From the NCBI GenBank assembly GCA_964397195.1, contig CAYNGY010000003.1:69836-133835 (forward strand): a stretch of DNA of 64,000 nucleotides, in the 5' to 3' direction. The DNA is from an uncultured Gammaproteobacteria bacterium. GTDB taxonomy: Bacteria; Patescibacteriota; Patescibacteriia; SBBC01; CAIJZX01. This document shows positions 17,731-26,857 of the stretch, one piece after another. The notes under the pieces were generated by a model. The model did no database searches, was not told where the DNA came from, and saw only the letters and a program-made list of their open reading frames with translations. Position 1 is the first letter of the stretch; the number at the start of each line of letters is the position of its first letter. Position numbers and translations under genes: made by a program.

Positions 17731-18189
17731 ATGGCTGAACTCAAAACCAAGAAAACTACCGCTAGCGTCGCAAAGTTCGTCGACGCCATTAAAGATGAAC
17801 AGCAACGCAAAGACGCGAAGGCGCTGGTGAAACTGTTTGCTGACATCACCGGCGAGCGGCCAGTCATGTGGGGTTCCGCCATTATCGGCTACGGGGATTT
17901 CCACTTCAAATACGCGAGCGGTCGGGAAGGTGATTGGATGCTGACCGGGTTTTCTCCCCGCAAGGGCAACCTATCACTCTATATCCATCCCCGGAATGTG
18001 GCGCCAAAACTGTTACAACAACTCGGGCCGCATAAGGCCAGCATGGGTTGTCTGTATCTCAATCGATTATCGGATGTCGATCAACAGGTGTTGCGAAAGG
18101 TAATCGTCGAAGGGATAAAGGAGCTGAAGAAGATGCTCTATCGTAAAGAGCGCCGGGGGCCGGTTCAGGGGAAAGCGGCGAGAAAATAG
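17731..18189 (+). CDS. DUF1801 (YdhG-like) protein, paralog 1
   Basis: Carries KTKKTTASV..F...DEQ.R.D...L..LF...TGE...MWG..I.GYG..HYKY. It is highly similar to the 19855-20280 gene. Confidence 0.6.
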   Translation: MAELKTKKTTASVAKFVDAIKDEQQRKDAKALVKLFADITGERPVMWGSAIIGYGDFHFKYASGREGDWMLTGFSPRKGNLSLYIHPRNVAPKLLQQLGPHKASMGCLYLNRLSDVDQQVLRKVIVEGIKELKKMLYRKERRGPVQGKAARK

Positions 18190-18324
18190 GCAATGGATTT
18201 GGTTCTGTTGCAAGGGCGGCCGCAATAGCCGTGGACAACCGGGGAGTTGACAACCGCGGCCAGTCGGTGGCAGAGTAGCGGCGCTGTTGTCGTCACTGTT
18301 TGGCGCCTCATGAAAGGATTCGCC

Positions 18325-18765
18325 ATGAAGATCTTCAGCCCGCTCGTTCTGTTTCTGCTTCTCTCTACTACGTCGGTCGCGTCGGCCGAAGAAGTCTTGA
18401 CCGGCATGCCCGTCGTGGCCGACCCGGCTGTCCCGATGCGCGACACGCTCGCCACGACGTACATCGACACGACCCGCGATCCCGCTCGCGACACGCTCTT
18501 CATCGCCGTGCGTGGGGTGATCATCAAGCAGGTCGCCGTCAACGCGTACGTCCAGGTGGTCAAGGCCGTGGCCTTCCCGATGAAGCCGGTCTACCACGTC
18601 GGGTCGTGGTCTGAGCTGGTCACGTTCGGAAAGCGCGCCGCGCCCGATCTCGTCCCAGCCGGGGTTTGGCGGGGTATCGTGACTGTGCCGCGAAAGCCCG
18701 GAACGACGTTCACCGTCGTCATGCGCGATGGGAACCGTCGCGATCTCCAGCCGGTCGATCCGTGA
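18325..18765 (+). CDS. secreted hypothetical protein
   Basis: Signal peptide MKIFSPLVLFLLLSTTSVASA is followed by a high-GC body. An alternative start lies at 18310. Confidence 0.5.
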   Translation: MKIFSPLVLFLLLSTTSVASAEEVLTGMPVVADPAVPMRDTLATTYIDTTRDPARDTLFIAVRGVIIKQVAVNAYVQVVKAVAFPMKPVYHVGSWSELVTFGKRAAPDLVPAGVWRGIVTVPRKPGTTFTVVMRDGNRRDLQPVDP

Positions 18766-18926
18766 ACGACACGCCTACTGTACATCCACCCGCACCGACG
18801 CTTGGTGCGGGTGGCCTCTCATACAAAAGTTCGAACGCCGCAAAATTTCGTATATCCACATCTTCCACCCGACATACGGTCAAGGAGAATGGTATACTAG
18901 TTTTTCGATATATTGTTACCAACGCT

Positions 18927-19361
18927 ATGCCTACCGCAAAAAAGAAAGTATTTACCGGATTCTCAGCTGCCGAGCGCGCGGCGATGCAAGCACGGGCGCT
19001 TGAACTCAAAGCCGAAGCGGAGAGCGCGAATGGTGAGAAGCAGGTCCTCGCCGCGATCGCTAAACTCCCTGAACCCGATCGGTCGCTGGCAAAACGGGTC
19101 CACGCAATCGTTCGACGTGCGGCGCCAAAACTTGTGCCGAAAACCTGGTATGGATTCCCGGCCTACGCGAACAAGGACGGAAAGATTGTTTGTTTCTTTC
19201 AGTACGCGAGTAAATTCAAGTATCGCTATTCAACCCTTGGGTTTCAGGATGCGGCATCGATTGATGATGGCGAAATGTGGCCGGTGGCGTATGCCCTGAA
19301 GAAATTGACCCCGGCTGATGAAAAGAAGATTGCCGCCCTCGTAAAAAAAGCGGTCAGGTAG
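18927..19361 (+). CDS. DUF1801 (YdhG-like) protein, paralog 2
   Basis: Carries WYGFPAYANKDGKIVCFFQYASKFKYRYSTLGF. Confidence 0.5.
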   Translation: MPTAKKKVFTGFSAAERAAMQARALELKAEAESANGEKQVLAAIAKLPEPDRSLAKRVHAIVRRAAPKLVPKTWYGFPAYANKDGKIVCFFQYASKFKYRYSTLGFQDAASIDDGEMWPVAYALKKLTPADEKKIAALVKKAVR

Positions 19362-19373
19362 CTCGCGGGTTGG

Positions 19374-19772
19374 TTAACGGAGTCGAACTAATTTTCCTTT
19401 GCGCTTGACGATATTTTTATAGTCCCATTGGATCGTTTTCGCTTTGCGGAGCCAGCGCTGAATATCTTTTCGGTCGAGTTCCTTCACATTGATATATATC
19501 ACACCGGCAGCTTTGTACTTTTTTACGTTTCCAATCGGTCGTAGGCACGGCTCATCGAATGAGAAGCCACTCCAAAACATGAGCTGGACGCCCTGTTTCC
19601 GTTTCCAATAGCCGACAACCGGATTCCCATCAATAAACCAGACGGGGCCGCCGTGCCAGACTTTGCTTTCGGCATTCCGTAGCGACGCGTCAATCATTCG
19701 GCGTAGGGCGTTGCAGAGTGTTGCATCGCTTGCGACCTGGACGTGGTTGTAGGCGGTGATGGCGTTGATCAT
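19374..19772 (-). CDS. DUF1801-like protein, paralog 3
   Basis: VWHGGPVWFIDGNPVVGYWKRKQGVQLMFWSGFSF follows the same pattern as paralog 2. Confidence 0.45.
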   Translation of the reverse strand: MINAITAYNHVQVASDATLCNALRRMIDASLRNAESKVWHGGPVWFIDGNPVVGYWKRKQGVQLMFWSGFSFDEPCLRPIGNVKKYKAAGVIYINVKELDRKDIQRWLRKAKTIQWDYKNIVKRKGKLVRLR

Positions 19773-19854
19773 GAAGGGAGTATATCACGTATGGTACGTG
19801 GGGTGGCAATCGGGCTATTGACCTGCAGACGGTATGAACATATGCTCACAGTAC

Positions 19855-20280
19855 ATGGCCGAACCCAAAACCAAAAAAAATGCGGCGAGCGTTATCGCTT
19901 TTTTGCGCGCTGTGCCTGATGAGCAAAAACGTCGCGATAGCTTGGACCTGTTACGTCTTTTTACCGAGGTGACCAGTGAGAAAGCAGCCATGTGGGGGAC
20001 GAGTATCGTTGGGTTTGGGATGTACCACTACAAATCAACGCGCAGTCGTCGGGAGGGCACTTGGCCAATAACCGCGTTTTCGCCCCGCAAACAGAGTCTG
20101 ACCTTATATATTATGCCCGGGTCAATTCATCACGCGGCGACCATCAAGAAGCTCGGGACGTACACGACGACGGGCGTCTGTTTGTATATTAAACGGTTGT
20201 CAGATATCGATCTTCGCGTGCTGAAGAAGCTGATTCGAGACTCAGTGGCGTATATGAAGAAACGGTATCCGCATCGGTAG
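19855..20280 (+). CDS. DUF1801 (YdhG-like) protein, paralog 4
   Basis: Near-colinear with paralog 1 (MAEPKTKKNAASV..F....DEQKRRD...LL.LF..VT.E...MWG). Confidence 0.6.
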   Translation: MAEPKTKKNAASVIAFLRAVPDEQKRRDSLDLLRLFTEVTSEKAAMWGTSIVGFGMYHYKSTRSRREGTWPITAFSPRKQSLTLYIMPGSIHHAATIKKLGTYTTTGVCLYIKRLSDIDLRVLKKLIRDSVAYMKKRYPHR

Positions 20281-20323
20281 AATGATGCCACATGTATGAT
20301 GTGGTTCAAAGCTAGTATGTTGT

Positions 20324-21481
20324 ATGTTACAGACACCAGCTACACCTAACCTCTCGAACCTGCGTCAAGTGGTAATACGACGCCTGACATACTATGCAGG
20401 CGTGTTCCTATTTGGACTGTTAGTGCAGCGTTTGGTGTGGGTTGTTCATCCCGTTCCGGATCTCGATTGGTGGGCGAGACAAGTTCACGAGTTCTGGCGG
20501 ATATCGACGCCGTCCGGTTCGACTTTTGTCGACACCGTTAGAATGTATCCCGGAACGACGATACTTTGGGGCGCAACCGCATTGACCATATTTGGTCTCA
20601 CCCCATTGGCGTCCGTTGTCTGGGCCGTTTCGGGACTTATAGCTGGTGCCACCGCGCTCGCCGTCGCGCTGTGCCGATATCTGCGCCCGGGTTATTGGTG
20701 GATCGGAGTTATGGCCACGATGCTCTTGAGCCATATCTACGCCGATGCTGGCGTAGTCACAGCCTTGGGAGCGGCTTTGGCGGTGCCGTTAGCACTGGCC
20801 GCGTGGATACTAGTTGAGTTCCGTCCAAAGTCGTGGGCGTTCGTGTGGCTCGGCGGTAGCTTGAGCGGAGTTTTGTTGGCGACTAGATTTGATGCGGCTT
20901 TGATTATCGTTCCGCTTTGTGTTGTCGCGCTCGCCCCTATCCTACGGATCACGCGGACGGTTGGGTTTCTTGGTATCACACTGGGCGTGTTCTGGTTGTT
21001 AGATCCGTTCCTGTGGTTCTCGCCGCTCAACCAAATGCACGATCTATTGTTTAAGATTATGATGGTCCAGGGGGCAAACACGGGAGTGGATCCGACGTGG
21101 TTTCTACCGACGGCAGTAGTGGCATTATTGTTGACGGCTATTAGTTTTGTACTCGGTGCGCTGACACCCCGACAGATTGGCGGGAATCCGCGCTTCATGT
21201 TGGTCGTAGGATGTATCACGCTAGTGTTTCTCCTTCCATACCTGGTAGCGTCATCGCCGAGCGTTCGGTTTCTTGGACCAGCGGTGCTTGTCTGGGAATC
21301 TTTTCTCCCATTATTTCTCTTGACGGCTCTAAGTCACTCTGAACCCAAAACACCCACCAGTACTACACGATTGTACGTCACTCCAGCAGCAATTCTGGTT
21401 GGCTGGGTGATTGTACAAGGCTTTTTACTTGCCATGGCGTCAGGGTACTTCGTGCCGCCGTACCACGGTACTATCCTCTGA
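20324..21481 (+). CDS. polytopic integral membrane protein (possible GT-C-like glycosyltransferase)
   Basis: 385 aa with ten or more hydrophobic helices and an aromatic-rich first loop (DLDWWARQ). Confidence 0.55.
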   Translation: MLQTPATPNLSNLRQVVIRRLTYYAGVFLFGLLVQRLVWVVHPVPDLDWWARQVHEFWRISTPSGSTFVDTVRMYPGTTILWGATALTIFGLTPLASVVWAVSGLIAGATALAVALCRYLRPGYWWIGVMATMLLSHIYADAGVVTALGAALAVPLALAAWILVEFRPKSWAFVWLGGSLSGVLLATRFDAALIIVPLCVVALAPILRITRTVGFLGITLGVFWLLDPFLWFSPLNQMHDLLFKIMMVQGANTGVDPTWFLPTAVVALLLTAISFVLGALTPRQIGGNPRFMLVVGCITLVFLLPYLVASSPSVRFLGPAVLVWESFLPLFLLTALSHSEPKTPTSTTRLYVTPAAILVGWVIVQGFLLAMASGYFVPPYHGTIL

Positions 21482-21655
21482 TCGTCTTGGTTCGTGGTGA
21501 TTCCAGTCAACCAGCTCGTGGCCTGGAAACGTACCCATTGATTTCAACTGGTGGCCACGAAAATAGCGCCTGACAGATGTCGGCCGCGTTAGCCGTGAAT
21601 CCAAAGGGATCGCCATGGTGAGCGCCCGAAATTTCGTGGTGATCGATATTGGTAT

Positions 21656-22183
21656 CTAACCGAGACTCGAGAGGAGCATGATGCCGAGCGTATTGCTGGC
21701 GAAAGAATAGAGGAAGAACCAGCCGGCCCGTCCTTGGCCGAGGCCGAATAACCCGGCGGCGAGTTCATCCGGCAACGGTGAGATCAGAATTACGACCCCA
21801 AGTATTGTTGTGAGCCAGTTTGGGATCGGGTGGCGTTCGCGAATCCGACCGATGCGTGTGGCTAGCCAGCCGTGCCGCGTTTCCCGTCGGGTGATCGTAA
21901 AGATAGCCAGATCATACAGCGCCGATCCAAAGCCGCCAATTACGGCAACCGCGAGCAGATGCAGGTCCGGAGGAGTATCGACGAAAATAATCATGGCGAT
22001 CGGTGCGGTCAATCCGCTCCCGTACATTACACCCGCCAAAAACATGCCCGGATATCCGAGACGATCAACCGATCGGAGAAGCCCGTGCAATGCCGGTACG
22101 ACCAGGAACACACCCGCGAGAATAAGGCCAACGCCGAACGCGATAATTTCTTTCTGGTGAAGAGTTACAAAACTCTTATGCAT
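21656..22183 (-). CDS. small polytopic membrane protein, hypothetical
   Basis: 175 aa with 4-5 TM helices. Confidence 0.5.
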   Translation of the reverse strand: MHKSFVTLHQKEIIAFGVGLILAGVFLVVPALHGLLRSVDRLGYPGMFLAGVMYGSGLTAPIAMIIFVDTPPDLHLLAVAVIGGFGSALYDLAIFTITRRETRHGWLATRIGRIRERHPIPNWLTTILGVVILISPLPDELAAGLFGLGQGRAGWFFLYSFASNTLGIMLLSSLG

Positions 22184-22252
22184 GCCGCGTAGTATATCAT
22201 GCTCGTTTGAAGTTGCCGCCTGATTCTATCGTCGGGTGGCATTCGCCGGCCA

Positions 22253-23905
22253 CTATGACGCACGCAGGTCACCGATGGCGGTAGGGGCGGTCGTGTCCGG
22301 GGCCGGAAAAAGAATCACCGACTCCGCGTTTCGTAAAGAGATGCTCGCCATCGGCGCGGAAAATGTCCCGTTTGGATTAAGCATGACCATCGGTGCCTCA
22401 AGCGGAATCTGGACCGCGGTCTGATCAGAATAGTCGGCGCAGGCTGGGCCACCGCGAGGACGTACGAGGATACGGGCGTTCTCATATTGTCGCGAGAAGA
22501 CTTTGTACCCTTCGCTGGCACAGGGCGTGCTGCCGGTTTGGATGACGCTCACGTCGGACGCCGGTTGGCCGACATTCGTTTCGTAGGCGAGGAGCCAATC
22601 ATCCATGAAGCTGAGGGGTGTGGGTGAGTTTTCGTCGACGCACAGGTTCGGGTTAAAATAGACACGGCCACTACTACCGACCGGTTCCTTGGCGAGATAG
22701 TAACTGCTGAGATTCCACATCCAAAATCGGGTGGCGGATGATGGGTAGTTTCCGGGCGTGTATCCCGCCGGCCCGGTATCGCAGGTCGACCCGGCTAAAT
22801 CAATTGATCCGCCATCGGCGCTCATTTGCGCGACTTGGTTGAGAAATGTTTGATACTGGGTGGCGCCAAAAAACTGATCAGCGGCGTGCAGGTGCTCGGT
22901 CATTACCCCGCCCGCGGCGGCGGCTTGTTGGAAGCCCATCGATTGCATAAAATGTCCGGCAATGTTCGGTCGGGCGATTTTCCCAATCGCGGTCAGTCGA
23001 CTGCGGAGGTAGGTTAACCAATCAACGACGTCAGCGTTATAGAGGGCATCGAGCGAATTGTATGTATAGTATCCCGACGTCACGATATCGCGCGGGACTA
23101 AACCGCCATACTCACGGATGCCGCCGCCGGACAGAATTTTCGCATGGTACCCAATATCGAAGGAAAGGGAGAAGCCCGGCGCGTGTTCGTCTAAGAAGAT
23201 GGCGTCAACCGGATTCGGCTGTTCGTTCGAGTTGAAGGCCATTTCATGGATGAGGTGATCGGCAAACCATTCTCGCCATGCGAGGTTTTTTACATTCGCG
23301 ATCCAACGGTAATCGTCCCAGACATACGTTTTTACCCGACAGGCCGATGTGAGTGCGCCGGGGTTCGGGCAGCCGGGGATCGTTTCGGTGTTGAGAATGG
23401 TCACCCCATCACGAGCCGTGTATTGAATCGTGGTGTCTTGGGAAAAATGGAGATATTGATCTTCTGGTAGATTCATTTGCGCACTATTGACGGCCGAGGT
23501 GGCATTGCAGTCCATGTGTAAGCACATGCTCAGGTCGAGGTCGTAGGTGAACGTCTTGATCGTCGGGTTGAACGTTTTGACGTAGGCTGATGACGTCATG
23601 CCGTACTGGCTGTAGAATCGATCGGAAATGGTTTCCATGGCGTCGACGTGTCGAGCATACCATTCGTATCCGGCGGTTCGTGTTGCGCCGTAGGGTAACC
23701 ACTGGACATGGCGCCCGAAATCAAGGATGGTGATGTGCGACCAGTGCGGAGCGTTGGTGTTGTAGACCGGGGAGTTTGTGATTAATTGAGCCTGTGCCGG
23801 TGGCGTGTGCGGGGCGACGTGATTTCCAAAAAATGCCAAACTGACGAGCACGAAAAGAACGCTCCCGAAATGTTGGACGCGTAGTCGTTTCGGTGATGCG
23901 CGCAT
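22253..23905 (-). CDS. secreted hypothetical protein (possibly glycoside-hydrolase-like)
   Basis: About 550 aa from the internal start MRASPKRLRVQHFGSVLFVLVSLAFF, which is a signal peptide. The protein is aromatic-rich, and an alternative start lies at 23929. Confidence 0.5.
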   Translation of the reverse strand: MRASPKRLRVQHFGSVLFVLVSLAFFGNHVAPHTPPAQAQLITNSPVYNTNAPHWSHITILDFGRHVQWLPYGATRTAGYEWYARHVDAMETISDRFYSQYGMTSSAYVKTFNPTIKTFTYDLDLSMCLHMDCNATSAVNSAQMNLPEDQYLHFSQDTTIQYTARDGVTILNTETIPGCPNPGALTSACRVKTYVWDDYRWIANVKNLAWREWFADHLIHEMAFNSNEQPNPVDAIFLDEHAPGFSLSFDIGYHAKILSGGGIREYGGLVPRDIVTSGYYTYNSLDALYNADVVDWLTYLRSRLTAIGKIARPNIAGHFMQSMGFQQAAAAGGVMTEHLHAADQFFGATQYQTFLNQVAQMSADGGSIDLAGSTCDTGPAGYTPGNYPSSATRFWMWNLSSYYLAKEPVGSSGRVYFNPNLCVDENSPTPLSFMDDWLLAYETNVGQPASDVSVIQTGSTPCASEGYKVFSRQYENARILVRPRGGPACADYSDQTAVQIPLEAPMVMLNPNGTFSAPMASISLRNAESVILFPAPDTTAPTAIGDLRAS

Positions 23906-24030
23906 CTTTAGTATTTCTGGGCTGAACATGGCTGAGTCAATTCTACCATTTTTTGTACCTAGCGTATAAGAAAGAGCGTCCGACGGGTGTCGGACGGGTA
24001 GTTGTGGATACCAGCCAGGAGGGTCGGCGC

Positions 24031-24684
24031 TTACCGCCGAGGCATCGTCTCGCCGCAGTTGAGGCACTTGTAGCCATCGCCGTTACGAACCGTGATGTGT
24101 CCGCAGTTGGCGCAGGCGGGCGCGTCGGGCATCTGTCCTGGTGTTGCGGGGGCGACGACAGGCGTCGGTGTGGCGCCGTGGTCGACAGCGACGTGCGCGA
24201 GGTCGGTGCGGTGGAGGTAGTGCACGCCGAGGACGCGAGCCAGGTAGTCGACGATACTGGTCGAGACCTTGATGTGCTCGTCGCCGTCGACGCGTCCAGA
24301 CGGCTGGAAGCGCGTGAAGGTAAACTGGTCGACGAGGGCCTCGACCGGCACGCCGTACTGCAAGGCGAGCGAGAAGGTGATAGCGAAGCAGCTCAGGAGC
24401 GAGCGAAACTCCGCCGATTCGCGATGCATGTCGACGAAGATCTCGCCGAGCGTGCCGTCGTCGTACTCGCCGGTGCGGATGAAGATCTTGTGGCCGGCGA
24501 CGCGCGCTTCTTGCGTGAAGCCGTGCCGTCGACGCGGGAGCCGCTGACGATTGGGCGTAGCAAGCAGCTGCAGCTTTTTGATGCACTCTGCGACCTCGTC
24601 GCTCCGCCGTTCATCAAGACCGGCTTCGGCGGCGAACGTGGTCATGATGGCGGCAATCTCGGCATTCCGATCAGCCTGCTGCAT
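24031..24684 (-). pseudogene. C-terminal fragment of class II (adenosylcobalamin-dependent) ribonucleotide reductase NrdJ, lacking the catalytic N-terminal portion
   Basis: The 217 aa product carries [50 protein letters not shown] and the C-terminal ribbon CANCGH..CLNCGE. No upstream coding sequence exists that could supply the roughly 500 missing residues. Confidence 0.5.
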
Positions 24685-24714
24685 GGGTCACCTCGCGATG
24701 CTGGGAGGAACGAA

Positions 24715-24753
24715 CTAGGCGACATTTCGCCTAGATATCGGTTATATCTAGGC
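24715..24753. promoter_or_regulatory. pair of overlapping perfect palindromes in a divergent promoter region
   Basis: ctaggcga-catt-tcgcctag and gcctagatat-cggt-tatatctaggc, followed by a TATAAT box at about 24804 upstream of the 24839 gene. Confidence 0.4.
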
Positions 24754-24838
24754 CTACCCTAGCAGGGTCGGGCGCATTGTCAACAATGGTTGTATTTATG
24801 CTATAATTATCCGGCTCTCATCATCTTTTTTATATATC

Positions 24839-26845
24839 ATGCGTCGCTCACTTTCTACCCTATTCCGTCAGCGCAGGGTCTTGATTTCGCTAGGCGTCAT
24901 CGGGGCGGTCACGTTGCTCGGCGGTTTAGGATATCTCGAGTTTGCTCGGAGCCGCGATATGGCCGCGCTCAAGCAGCAAGTTGGGGTGATTGAACAAGCG
25001 GGACGCGGGACGTCGGCTTTGACCGCGGCGAGTGTTGATCACGCTGTGATGAACGGCGATGTGTATCTGACCGCAGCAATTGATGATCAAACTATTTCGT
25101 CCGGCACGATTATCGACGGGCAGGTGATTGATGAGGTGCTTTCGGACGAGACAAAAGTACGCATGCCAAACGGAGCGATTGTGCTGGCGGCGGATATTCA
25201 AAATGGGGCGACGACATCGTGGACACTCGCTGATGGGACCGTGACGCGAGCGAAGATTGTGAACTCGGCGGTGACGACTTTGAAACTGGCGGATGGGAGC
25301 GTGACCGAAGTCAAAATACGAAATGGCGCCATCAAGTCAAAAAAGATCGCCGCTGGCCAGGTCCAAGCGGTCCATTTGGCGAGTGGAAGTGTTTTGAGTG
25401 CCAAACTGGCAAATTCGGCGGTGACGAATCCGAAAATTGCCGACACGTCGGTTACGACACGGAAACTTGCTGATCAATCGGTGACGGCATTAAAAATCGC
25501 GGTCGATGGCGTTGAAAACCAGAATCTTGCGGACGGATCAGTTGACGATTCGAATTTGGTTGACGGATCGGTGACGACGCCGAAGATTGCCAACGGAGCG
25601 GTAACGACGCCAAAGCTCGGGGATAGCGCCGTCACGAACGCGAAGATCGCGAATTTGGCGGTCACGGCTGCGAAAATCGCGACCGGGACTATTACCGGAT
25701 CACAAATTGCCTCGGACGGTACGGTCGTCAAATCGATTGTCGGCAACTCGATTGTGAGCGTCACGAATAATGCTAACGGGTCGTATTCGATTGCTTTAAC
25801 CACCTCATGCAGTGAGGGTCAGATCCTGAAGTTTTCGAGTGGTCAGTGGCAGTGCGGAACCGACATCGACCTCGGGTATTACACGCCGCAGGACATTCTC
25901 CGATTTCCGTACGTCGGAACCCAGAAAACAGATTGGTTTGATGGGAGCGCCGAGGCGACAGCTCTGCATGGTGGAACGACGCCGAATTATCTGCTGTACC
26001 TTGGGGCCGGCCAGAACGGTGTCGTCCGACAGATTTTTTCCGTCGGGAATAACAACCTGGTAGATTGGACGGACATGGATGATTATGAACTGCGCATTTA
26101 TACCGGCGCGGGTGATTTGACGGCCCTGCAGCGAGCAAATCCGCCGTCGCAGTATCTTGACGCGAAAATTCCGCTCGGGATTCTCTTGGGTGCGGTCTAT
26201 AATACCAACAAACCGGCGAACCAGCCGATCGAGACGGCGATTCTTGATTACAGCCGCAGTCAGGATGCGGTGATGACATTCAACCTGCCGATTCCGTTCG
26301 AGAACGGTATTTTAATTCAGTTCTGGAAAATTAGTCCCGAAGCCGTGAATACCAGCCTTGGCGCCTATCACTGGGTATCGTATGAAACTGGGACAACGTC
26401 ATTCCCGTATCAATCATGGCGCCTGAAGGCGTCAGCCCTCCACCACACCACGGTGAATGACGAGAACGGTGCGACCTTCATGGATGTCAGTGGTAAAGCG
26501 GGGATGTTGCTGGGATTGTACTCAAGTATTAAATCGGTTGCGGGTTTGGGTGAGGACTTTAATGAGGAAAACTGGACATTCTACCCGGACGGTGAAACAA
26601 ATCCGGTCTGGCAAGTTTCTGGTACGGAGGATATGTTTGGTCTCAACCCGTATTATTATAGTGCTGGCGTCCAGACCCATATGAACTGGGGTACGACCTT
26701 TATTGATACGCCGGCCTATGAAAGCTACCGACTCTTTGTTCGTGATCCATTGATTTGGCAAAACTCGTTGCGCGGCTTTTACCCGACGACCGGTGAGAGT
26801 ACGCTTGACCTGAACATCCTGACGCTCTACTACGCGGCCAAGTAA
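24839..26845 (+). CDS. membrane-anchored surface protein with tandem 12-residue beta-helix-like repeats
   Basis: N-terminal TM anchor, about 40 repeats of the form (A/G)xGSVTxxKIxNxAVTxxKLAD, then a roughly 330-aa C-terminal globular domain. Confidence 0.7.
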   Translation: MRRSLSTLFRQRRVLISLGVIGAVTLLGGLGYLEFARSRDMAALKQQVGVIEQAGRGTSALTAASVDHAVMNGDVYLTAAIDDQTISSGTIIDGQVIDEVLSDETKVRMPNGAIVLAADIQNGATTSWTLADGTVTRAKIVNSAVTTLKLADGSVTEVKIRNGAIKSKKIAAGQVQAVHLASGSVLSAKLANSAVTNPKIADTSVTTRKLADQSVTALKIAVDGVENQNLADGSVDDSNLVDGSVTTPKIANGAVTTPKLGDSAVTNAKIANLAVTAAKIATGTITGSQIASDGTVVKSIVGNSIVSVTNNANGSYSIALTTSCSEGQILKFSSGQWQCGTDIDLGYYTPQDILRFPYVGTQKTDWFDGSAEATALHGGTTPNYLLYLGAGQNGVVRQIFSVGNNNLVDWTDMDDYELRIYTGAGDLTALQRANPPSQYLDAKIPLGILLGAVYNTNKPANQPIETAILDYSRSQDAVMTFNLPIPFENGILIQFWKISPEAVNTSLGAYHWVSYETGTTSFPYQSWRLKASALHHTTVNDENGATFMDVSGKAGMLLGLYSSIKSVAGLGEDFNEENWTFYPDGETNPVWQVSGTEDMFGLNPYYYSAGVQTHMNWGTTFIDTPAYESYRLFVRDPLIWQNSLRGFYPTTGESTLDLNILTLYYAAK

Positions 26846-26857
26846 TAGCCGACCCTC

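Noticed and set aside
24083-24586. 167-aa Arg-rich minus-strand ORF
   Set aside because: It is a frame-shifted overlap of the NrdJ-fragment coding region. Its composition (R and P dominated) is typical of off-frame GC-rich translation.
25190-25730. Periodic 36-nt DNA repeats that superficially resemble a repeat array or CRISPR
   Set aside because: The repeats are in frame inside a long ORF and encode a 12-residue protein repeat. There are no unique spacers, no leader and no cas genes in the window.
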